A DNA stretch of 64,000 nt from Sphingomonas sp. (lineage in GTDB: Bacteria > Pseudomonadota > Alphaproteobacteria > Sphingomonadales > Sphingomonadaceae). Position 1 is the first letter of the stretch. Each line of letters begins with the position of its first letter. The translations under genes and the position numbers were made by a program. The stretch covers positions 244,659-308,658 of the forward strand of contig NZ_CBDATK010000007.1 in NCBI RefSeq assembly GCF_965200135.1. The letters are read 5' to 3'. Shown piece by piece: positions 51,734-59,543 of this stretch. The notes under the pieces are model-generated. The model saw nothing but the letters and a program-made list of their open reading frames with translations, did not search any database and was not told where the DNA came from.

Positions 51734-53848
51734 ATGAAACCATACACACGCTCAATTATCGAGCTTTTCGATGGTAAGAAGCGATACCTGATCCCCCTTT
51801 ATCAACGCCAGTATGCGTGGAAGGTCGAGCCGCAGCTTAGGCTGTTGTGGGAAGACATTGTTCGCGCATACCAGCGCCTCTTGAAGGATCGGGCTTCGGT
51901 GGTCCCCCACTTCATGGGGGCAATGGTTATCGCGCAAATTAAAACCTTCGGGAAGGAGGTCCAAGCGTTCGAAGTTATTGATGGGCAGCAAAGGATGACT
52001 ACTTTCCAGCTGTTGCTGGCGGCGCTTCGTGACGTGGCCGCCGCGAACGGCTCGTCGTATGCTGCCGAAATCCAGAAGTACCTGTTCAATGAGGGTATCA
52101 TGGAGACGCCCAACGTCGAACGATTTAAGGTTTGGCCGTCGCTGATGGATCGAAGGGCGTTTGCGCATGTCATCGATTCCGCCATCAATCTTGATGAGAT
52201 CGCGAAGAGGCCGCCGGAAGAAGATGGTTTCGTTCGTAAGGCCGTGCAAGCACACGAGTGGTTCCGCGAGCAGATCAACGCCCATGTCGGTAGCGGTGAG
52301 CACTACGACGAAGCCAAGCTTGAGAAGCTCTTCGAAGCCATGAAGGAGGGGCTCGCTGTCGTCTCAATCGAGCTTGAAGGCGGCGACGATCCCCAGACCA
52401 TCTTCGAAACGCTTAACAGCCGTGGTGTCGACTTGACCCCAGGCGATCTAATGCGGAACTTCATATTTCAACGCGCAAAGGGCATGGGCCAAGAACAGGG
52501 CTCTTTGAAGATCGACGAGCTGTATGAGAAGCACTGGCTCCCGCTTGACGGTCCCTTTTGGGGAACTTTGGCTTATCGAGGTCGGCAGGGGGCGAGTCGT
52601 CTGGACTGGATGCTGACCGACCATCTCTCGATGGAGAAAGCCGACGTCATCTCAAAAGAGGCACTCTTCGAGAGCTATAGGCGGTGGATTATTGATCAGC
52701 AGCCTTTTGCGGGAGTCGAACCGGAACTGGCAGCGATCACTGCGTCGGCAGCCGTCGAGCGGAAGATTTTCGAAAAGGACAAGGACAACCCAATCGGCAA
52801 GTTCGGCTTACTTGCGGAGGCCTTTGACGTCAGCACGGCGTTTCCTTTGGTCGTATACCTAGCCACGGAGGCCGATGTCGGCGAGAGGCTGTCGGCCGCG
52901 CTTGAAATGTTGGAAAGTTATATACTGCGGCGTGACATCGCCGGCCTCTCCACGAAGAGCTACAATCGATTTTTTGTGGGCACAATCGATCGCTTGCGGG
53001 AAAGCGAAGGATGTAAGGTCGCCGCGCTGGCGCGGTGGCTTTCGACAAGGCCAAATGAGACGGATCGGTGGCCCAACGATGCCGAGTTTAGGCAGGGATG
53101 GCTGGGACGCGATCAGTATAAATCAGCTCGCCAGCCCCGACTGCGCTACGTTTTCGAGCGGATCGAGCGCGCTAAACGAACGGCCCTTAGTGAAGAAATA
53201 GAGATAAAGTCCGCACTGACTATTGAGCACATTATGCCACAGAAGTGGCGTGACAATTGGCCAATCGAGGGGTTCGATCACGCAGGGTCCGCGTACGCTG
53301 ATCCAGACCAACTGAGCGCAGAGATTAAACGAGACGAGTGCATCAACAAACTCGGCAACCTGACGCTAGTTACGTCCCCACTTAACTCGACCATGTCGAA
53401 CGGGCCGTTTTCAGCCAAGCTTCCGGCGCTGCGGGCTCATGCCAGTCTCGCGTTGAATCGTGAACTGCACGACTTCGATGTCTGGAACGAAGGATGCGTC
53501 GAGGCGCGTGGAGCGGCGTTGTTGGAGGCCGCGCGAAAGGTGTGGATGCCGCCGCTTGAAGCCAAAACTGCTTTCCCCGAGCTGGGTCGCTTGGGTGAAA
53601 ACGGCAACCTCCCGGCTGAAGGCACCATCTGTCGATTCCAGTATGGCGGCGAGACGTTCATAGGTCTGGTCAAAAGCCGTAAGATGGAAGTGGAAGGCGT
53701 CGGAGGCTCGCACAGCTCTTTCTCCGGGGCCTCGTCGGCAGCGACTCAAACGAGCCGTAACGGATGGAACGATTGGGAGCTAAAAGGCCGGGACGGTTGG
53801 GTTTCGGCCGACACCTGGCGCTCTCAATCGGGTGCCGGCACGGCATAA
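51734..53848 (+). CDS. GmrSD-like DUF262/DUF1524 protein (type IV restriction-like) with a DUF4357-like C-terminal tail
   Basis: YLIPLYQRQYAW and EVIDGQQRMTT (DUF262). TIEHIMPQKW ... LGNLTLVTSPLNSTMSN (His-Me finger, DUF1524). Tail is SFSGASSAATQTSRNGWNDWEL. Confidence 0.8.
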   Translation: MKPYTRSIIELFDGKKRYLIPLYQRQYAWKVEPQLRLLWEDIVRAYQRLLKDRASVVPHFMGAMVIAQIKTFGKEVQAFEVIDGQQRMTTFQLLLAALRDVAAANGSSYAAEIQKYLFNEGIMETPNVERFKVWPSLMDRRAFAHVIDSAINLDEIAKRPPEEDGFVRKAVQAHEWFREQINAHVGSGEHYDEAKLEKLFEAMKEGLAVVSIELEGGDDPQTIFETLNSRGVDLTPGDLMRNFIFQRAKGMGQEQGSLKIDELYEKHWLPLDGPFWGTLAYRGRQGASRLDWMLTDHLSMEKADVISKEALFESYRRWIIDQQPFAGVEPELAAITASAAVERKIFEKDKDNPIGKFGLLAEAFDVSTAFPLVVYLATEADVGERLSAALEMLESYILRRDIAGLSTKSYNRFFVGTIDRLRESEGCKVAALARWLSTRPNETDRWPNDAEFRQGWLGRDQYKSARQPRLRYVFERIERAKRTALSEEIEIKSALTIEHIMPQKWRDNWPIEGFDHAGSAYADPDQLSAEIKRDECINKLGNLTLVTSPLNSTMSNGPFSAKLPALRAHASLALNRELHDFDVWNEGCVEARGAALLEAARKVWMPPLEAKTAFPELGRLGENGNLPAEGTICRFQYGGETFIGLVKSRKMEVEGVGGSHSSFSGASSAATQTSRNGWNDWELKGRDGWVSADTWRSQSGAGTA

Positions 53849-56171
53849 CATTGATCGGCGGGTCGGAGCCTCGGTGCCCGCGCGAGTGGAAGGTGCACGA
53901 GTGGAATTGAGTGACGACGACAAGGCGCTGATCGCCGACCACCTCGCGCGCGGGGAGCCATTGCCGGACCGGTTCCGCTGGACGCTGTTCCGCGAACCGC
54001 GCGAGGCGGAGCTGATCTGGCCGGGCAAGACGAGCGAAGTCACCAACGTCGTCCTGCCGTTCCAGAGCATCGAACAGATTGACGAACCCCGCAGCGAGGC
54101 GGGCGCTCAAGTCGCGGACCTTTTCCAGATGGGCAGCGGCGGGCGACAAGGCGGTGGCTGGTCGAACAAGCTGATCTGGGGCGACAACAAGCTGGTACTA
54201 TCCAGCTTGATTGGCGGCCCCTTACGGCGTGATATTGAAGCCGCCGGCGGCTTGAAGTTGGTGTACATCGACCCTCCATTTGACATTGGGGCCGACTTTT
54301 CAGTGGAGCTGGACGTCGGGGGTGAGACTCTCTCCAAGTCTGCAAGTGTCATTGAAGAGATTGCTTACCGAGACACGTGGGGTCGTGGAACAGACTCCTA
54401 TGTTCACATGATTATTGAACGTCTTCGTGCAATTCACGCGCTGTTGCATGCCGAAGGTTCAATAATGGTTCATGTAGGTTGGGCCGTCTCTCACATCATG
54501 CGGATAGCCTTAGATGAGGTATTCGGCGCACAGAACATCATGAACCAAATCATTTGGAAACGGCAAACCGCACATAGCGATGGCGGTCAAGGTGCTCGAC
54601 ATCTAGGCCGTATCCATGACGTTATCTTGTATTATAGAAAGTCGGAGTCTTTCACATTCAATACGCAGTACACTGATTACGATGCAAGATACTTAGAAAC
54701 CCATTACAAGGGCAAGGAGGAGGGCACAGGTCGACGATTCGAACTTGATAATCTAACCGCTCCTGGCGGAGCTGGGAAGGGTAACCCCTACTACGAACTA
54801 ATGGGTGTTAAGCGGTACTGGCGCTATAGCATCGACAAGATGGATCAACTGGTGAAGGCCGGTCGAATAATTCAACCAAGTCCCGGTGCTGTGCCGCGGT
54901 ACAAACGCTACCTCGATGAAATGCCTGGTCTTCCGCTCCAAGACATATGGTCTGACGTCAGTGCGATAAACTCTCAGGCAGTAGAGGCGGTTGGATACGC
55001 AACACAAAAGCCAGAGTCGTTGATGCAACGGATCGTATGTCTAGCATCCAATCCCGGAGATATAGTAGCCGACCTGTTTTGTGGCTCAGGGACTACCATA
55101 GCCGTTGCCGAGAAGCTCGGCCGTAAGTGGATTGGCGCGGACTTGGGCCGCTTCGCTATTCATACCAGTCGCAAGCGCCTGATCGGAGTGCAACGCGAGT
55201 TGAAGGCGGCTGGCAGGCCGTGGCGCAGCTTTGAAATTCTTAATCTCGGCAAGTACGAGCGCCAATGGTTCGCGGGGATCGACCCCGCGCTTCCGGCGGG
55301 GGAGAGCGCTCAAGCGGCGGCGGCGAAGGAAGCGGCCTATGTCGCGCTGATCCTGGAGGCGTATCGCGCGCAACCCGTCGAGCAGTCGCCGCCCTTCCAT
55401 GGGGTGAAGGACAGTGCCTTCATCGTCGTTGGGCCGCTCGACGCGCCGGTTAACGAGCTGACCGTCGCCGAGGCGGTGGAAGCGGCGCGGCGCATGGGCG
55501 TGGCGCGGGTCGACGTGCTCGGATTCGAGTTCGAAATGGGCCTTGCCCCGCGCGCGGTCGACGATGCGAAGGCAAAGGGTGTCGCAGTCGCGCTGCGCTA
55601 TATCCCGAAGGACGTGTTCGACCGGCGGGCGATCGACAAGGGACAGGTGAACTTCCACGACCTCGCCTATGTCGAGGCGCGCGCGACGATCGCCGACAAG
55701 AAGGCGCGGCGGGTGACAGTCACCCTGTCGAACTTCGCTGTCGCCTATCGGCAGGACGGGCTCGACAACCTGATCGACGGGATGCGGCCGGGCACCAAGG
55801 TGGCGGTCGACGACGGGCAGGTCGTCAAGCTGACCAAGGCGAAGGACGGCACCGTCACGCGCGAGGTGCTGACCAAAGAATGGACCGACTGGATCGACTA
55901 TTGGGCGGTCGATTTCGACTACGCCAGCCGTCCGGAAACGATCCACGAAACCGTGACGCAAGCCGACGGGACGGTGAAGCACGTGCCGCAATGGACCGGG
56001 CGCTACATCTTCGAAAACGAGTGGCAGAGCTTCCGCACCCGCCGCAACCGCGCGCTGGAGCTGACCAGCGCGACGCATGAGTATGCGACGCCCGGCCGCA
56101 AACAGATTGCGGTCAAGGTGATCGACATATTCGGGAACGACACGACCAAGGTGATCGGGGTGGAGGTTTAA
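53832..56171 (+). CDS. mod: type III R-M DNA methyltransferase (Mod, beta-class N6A/N4C MTase)
   Basis: LVYIDPPFD (54270-54281) lies upstream of DLFCGSGTT (55077-55097). The conserved N-terminus LSDDDKALIADHLARGEPLP suggests the true start may be GTG 53901. Confidence 0.9.
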   Translation: MPARHNIDRRVGASVPARVEGARVELSDDDKALIADHLARGEPLPDRFRWTLFREPREAELIWPGKTSEVTNVVLPFQSIEQIDEPRSEAGAQVADLFQMGSGGRQGGGWSNKLIWGDNKLVLSSLIGGPLRRDIEAAGGLKLVYIDPPFDIGADFSVELDVGGETLSKSASVIEEIAYRDTWGRGTDSYVHMIIERLRAIHALLHAEGSIMVHVGWAVSHIMRIALDEVFGAQNIMNQIIWKRQTAHSDGGQGARHLGRIHDVILYYRKSESFTFNTQYTDYDARYLETHYKGKEEGTGRRFELDNLTAPGGAGKGNPYYELMGVKRYWRYSIDKMDQLVKAGRIIQPSPGAVPRYKRYLDEMPGLPLQDIWSDVSAINSQAVEAVGYATQKPESLMQRIVCLASNPGDIVADLFCGSGTTIAVAEKLGRKWIGADLGRFAIHTSRKRLIGVQRELKAAGRPWRSFEILNLGKYERQWFAGIDPALPAGESAQAAAAKEAAYVALILEAYRAQPVEQSPPFHGVKDSAFIVVGPLDAPVNELTVAEAVEAARRMGVARVDVLGFEFEMGLAPRAVDDAKAKGVAVALRYIPKDVFDRRAIDKGQVNFHDLAYVEARATIADKKARRVTVTLSNFAVAYRQDGLDNLIDGMRPGTKVAVDDGQVVKLTKAKDGTVTREVLTKEWTDWIDYWAVDFDYASRPETIHETVTQADGTVKHVPQWTGRYIFENEWQSFRTRRNRALELTSATHEYATPGRKQIAVKVIDIFGNDTTKVIGVEV

Positions 56172-56174
56172 CCC

Positions 56175-58844
56175 ATGCCGCTCAACCCCGCCTTTTCCGC
56201 CGACCCCTATGTGATCCTGTCGCCCGACGTCCGTTGGTATCCGGGCGACGAGCTGTTGGGGGGTATGGGGCAAGCCTCGCTCATTCCGCCGCTGGTCGAC
56301 AAGGTCCGGCGGGGTGTCGCCTCATGGCGGGCGGCGAGATATGCCGGGGCGAGCGAGACGACGCGCGCGCTGCTGCGCTGGTGGTTCGAACGCGAACACG
56401 TGCTGTACGGCGACGACGGCCCGTTCCTCTGGCAATGGTATTTCGCGCAGCGCGAGGCGGTGGAAAGCGCGGTGTGGCTGTATGAAGTCGCCAAGGCGCG
56501 CGACCCGCTGAGCCTGATCGCCTATGACAGCACGGGCGCGGTATCGCAGCAAATGTTCGACGAGCATTGGACGCGCTACGTCCTGAAGCTCGCGACGGGC
56601 GCGGGCAAGACCAAGGTCGCGAGCCTGCTGATCGCCTGGAGCTATTTCCACAAGCTCTATGAGGCGGATTCGACGCTTTCGACCAACACGCTGCTGGTCG
56701 CGCCGAACATCATCGTGCTCGACCGGCTGCGCGTCGATTTCGATGGCGCGCGGGTGTTTCACAGCGACCCGGTGTTGCCGCCGAACGGGTATGAGGGACG
56801 CGACTGGAGCGCTGATTTTCAACTGACCGTGCACGTGCAGGACGACATCGGGCACGTCGCGCCGCGTGGAAACCTGTTCCTGACCAACATTCACCGGGTC
56901 GACGAGGGCGGGCGGGCAACGCCGACGTGGGATTTGCGCGAGCAATTCCTGGGCGCGAAGCCGGTTGCCAAGACGACGGACAGCAAGGCGGACCTGGGCG
57001 TCATCGTGCGTTCGGTGCCCGACCTGATCGTCATCAACGACGAGGCGCACCATGTTCGCGAGGGCACGGCCTGGTTCCGGCAAATGGGCGAACTCGACGC
57101 TGGGCTTCGCCGGCGGGGAACCGGGCTGTCGGCGCAATTCGACCTGACCGCGACGCCCAAACACAACAACGGCGCGATATTCGTGCAGACGGTGTCGGAC
57201 TATCCGCTGGTCGAAGCGATTGCCCAAGGCGTGGTCAAGACGCCCGTCCTGCCCGACGCCGCCAGCCGCGCGCGCCTGACCGTCCGGCAAAGCGAGGATT
57301 TCGTCGAGCAGTATCAGGATCATCTCGACTTGGGCGTGCTAGAATGGAAGCGGACCTTCGGCGAGCTGAGGAAGGCCGGCAAGAAGTCGGTGCTGTTCGT
57401 CATGACGGACAACACGTCCAATTGCGACCGGGTCGCTGAGTGGCTGGGCACGCGCTATCCCGAACTGAAGAACAAGGTGCTGGTGATCCACACCAAGGAC
57501 AACGGCGAGATTTCGGAAAGCTCGACGGGGAAGGGCAAGGCCGAACTCGACGAGTTGCGCAAGCAGAGCCGTGAAATTGATGGCTGGGAAAGCCCCTATC
57601 TGGCGGTCGTGTCGGTCATGGTGCTGCGCGAAGGCTGGGACGTGCGCAACGTCACGACGATCGTCGGCTTGCGCGCCTTCAAGGCACCGTCGAACATCCT
57701 GCCCGAACAGACGATCGGGCGCGGGCTCAGGCGCATGTTCACCGGCCGCGACGTCAAGGAACAGGTCAGCGTGCTCGGCACCGAACGGTTCCTGGAGTTC
57801 GTCGAGACGATCAAGAACGAAGGCGTCGAGCTGGAACAGCGGCCGATGGGGAGCAACAGCGGACCCGCCGGGCCGATGGTTGTCGAAATCGATCGCGACA
57901 AGGACGTCGCCGCGCTCGACATCGAACTCCCCAAGCTGAAGCCACGCATCGAACGCCAGTTCTATCGTTTCGAGGAAATCGACGACGCTAGCCTGCCCGC
58001 CCCCCGCGTAACCTTGCGCGAGTTCACCGAAGCCGAGCAGCGCGAAATCGTGTTCCGGGACATCCGCACCGACGAGGTGAGTCACACGACGCAGCTCGAC
58101 GCGGGCGCGGTCGCGGACTGGCGCAACGTCGTCGGCTGGTTCGCCAAGTCGATCAAGGACGATTTGCGACTGGTGGGCGGCTATGACGTGCTGTTCGGGA
58201 AGCTGGTGCCATTCATCGAAGACGGGTTGTTCGACCGCAACGTGTCGCTCGACGACCCGAACGTCTTGCGGAACCTGAGCGAGACGGGCGTCACCCGCGC
58301 ACTGTTTGACACCATCAAGGGCGCCATCAACCGGCTGACCGTGCACGACAGCGGCGACACGCACGTCGTCGACCGGATCAAGCTGTCGGCAACCCGGCCG
58401 CAAGTAACGAAGCGGCGGGACATGATCGAAGCGACCAAATCGCTGATGAACAAGGTCGTCGGCGACAACGCCTTCGAACTTGCCTTCGCCCGCTTCCTAG
58501 AGGCGGCGGCGGACGTGCAGGCGTTCTTCAAGAACACGGAAGCGACGGGCTTCACCGTCGAATATCAATCAGCCGGGGGCGGTATCGTGCGCGACTACCG
58601 GCCGGACTTCATCGCGCGGGCGGTCGACGGCACCGTCTGGATCGTCGAAACCAAGGGACGCGAGGATTTGGACGATCCGCGCAAATGGACCCGCCTCAAG
58701 CTCTGGTGCGCTGATGCGACCAAACAGGATGCGCCGAACCACTACCGGGCGTTGTTCGTGCGCCAGGAAGCCTGGGAAGGCCGGTTGAACCCCGTTCGCA
58801 CGCTTGGGGAGGCCTCTGCCGCCTTCGACACAAACGCCGACTGA
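56175..58844 (+). CDS. res: type III restriction enzyme Res subunit (SF2 helicase plus PD-(D/E)xK nuclease)
   Basis: GGAGG RBS. LATGAGKTKV, VINDEAHHV, LTATPK and QTIGRGLR helicase motifs. C-terminal YRPDF...WIVETKG nuclease motif. Confidence 0.9.
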   Translation: MPLNPAFSADPYVILSPDVRWYPGDELLGGMGQASLIPPLVDKVRRGVASWRAARYAGASETTRALLRWWFEREHVLYGDDGPFLWQWYFAQREAVESAVWLYEVAKARDPLSLIAYDSTGAVSQQMFDEHWTRYVLKLATGAGKTKVASLLIAWSYFHKLYEADSTLSTNTLLVAPNIIVLDRLRVDFDGARVFHSDPVLPPNGYEGRDWSADFQLTVHVQDDIGHVAPRGNLFLTNIHRVDEGGRATPTWDLREQFLGAKPVAKTTDSKADLGVIVRSVPDLIVINDEAHHVREGTAWFRQMGELDAGLRRRGTGLSAQFDLTATPKHNNGAIFVQTVSDYPLVEAIAQGVVKTPVLPDAASRARLTVRQSEDFVEQYQDHLDLGVLEWKRTFGELRKAGKKSVLFVMTDNTSNCDRVAEWLGTRYPELKNKVLVIHTKDNGEISESSTGKGKAELDELRKQSREIDGWESPYLAVVSVMVLREGWDVRNVTTIVGLRAFKAPSNILPEQTIGRGLRRMFTGRDVKEQVSVLGTERFLEFVETIKNEGVELEQRPMGSNSGPAGPMVVEIDRDKDVAALDIELPKLKPRIERQFYRFEEIDDASLPAPRVTLREFTEAEQREIVFRDIRTDEVSHTTQLDAGAVADWRNVVGWFAKSIKDDLRLVGGYDVLFGKLVPFIEDGLFDRNVSLDDPNVLRNLSETGVTRALFDTIKGAINRLTVHDSGDTHVVDRIKLSATRPQVTKRRDMIEATKSLMNKVVGDNAFELAFARFLEAAADVQAFFKNTEATGFTVEYQSAGGGIVRDYRPDFIARAVDGTVWIVETKGREDLDDPRKWTRLKLWCADATKQDAPNHYRALFVRQEAWEGRLNPVRTLGEASAAFDTNAD

Positions 58845-58849
58845 AGTCG

Positions 58850-59032
58850 CTAGTCGTGAAGCAAGCCGCACAAGCTTGCTCGGTCAATCAGTCGCGCGCG
58901 GCCCACCTTCACACTGCGGAGCCTGCCCGACTTCATTAGCTCATATATCGTTGTCCGTCCGAGGCCGTGCCTACATGCCGTGCCTACTCGCACGGTAAGC
59001 GGCTCCGCTTCGTCGATCCACACTTCGGCCAT
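58850..59032 (-). CDS. AlpA/excisionase-family HTH protein (60 aa)
   Basis: Internal Met. MAEVWIDEAEPLTVRVGTACRHGLGRTTIYELMKSGRLRSVKVGRARLI. Confidence 0.6.
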   Translation of the reverse strand: MAEVWIDEAEPLTVRVGTACRHGLGRTTIYELMKSGRLRSVKVGRARLIDRASLCGLLHD

Positions 59033-59150
59033 TTGAGGCTCCATATCGGTCTGGAGCGTGGTGGGCACTACACAATGCATGCAGAACATATGACGGACAA
59101 CAGCGGGCCGTCAAGGTCGAAGCCCGCGGATTAGCCCGGATTTTCGCGAC

Positions 59151-59185
59151 TGACCATCAGTGATGGGCAGGTGGTCATTGACCAC
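59151..59185. promoter_or_regulatory. cluster of TGACCA/TGGTCA palindromes (possible operator)
   Basis: CCATCAGTGATGG (59154-59166) and the perfect GTGGTCATTGACCAC (59171-59185). Located in the divergent region between the AlpA-like gene and the SIR2-NTPase gene. Confidence 0.3.
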
Positions 59186-59543
59186 GAACCGCACGCCTTA
59201 TGGCCAAGCGTAAGATGCTGTATTAAAGCGCATTATCTGAGGCGCGCCGCGTAAGGTGTGCCTGGTTTTAAGCGCATAGTGAGTGGCTATTAGGCGAAGC
59301 CCAAGCTTCTGAGATACGGTTCTATATACCCTTCTGGCGGGAGCGCCGGAGGCGCAACAATGCTCCAGCCTAAGGACCGTGCCTCCGAGCTGAACCCATT
59401 GACCGGTTAACCCGGGGGCGGTCGCCTGCACCGGTGTCGTAGCGCGTTGAAGGACCTAGGCTTGCCCCGGCAGTTGCAAGAGACCTAAGATCGTAATCTG
59501 AAGTCCACCGGAGATAGAAGACGATGATTTATCATGTGGGCTC

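Noticed and set aside
53832-53900. The possibility that the 17-nt overlap between the GmrSD-like gene and mod reflects a gene fusion or a programmed frameshift.
   Set aside because: The conserved Mod N-terminus only begins at about LSDDDKALIADHL, so a downstream GTG (53901, with GAAGGTG upstream) explains the layout without any recoding.
59198-59431. A 77-aa minus-strand ORF in the long spacer upstream of the SIR2-NTPase gene.
   Set aside because: It has no RBS, and its composition and sequence are unlike a real protein. The region is treated as non-coding or regulatory.
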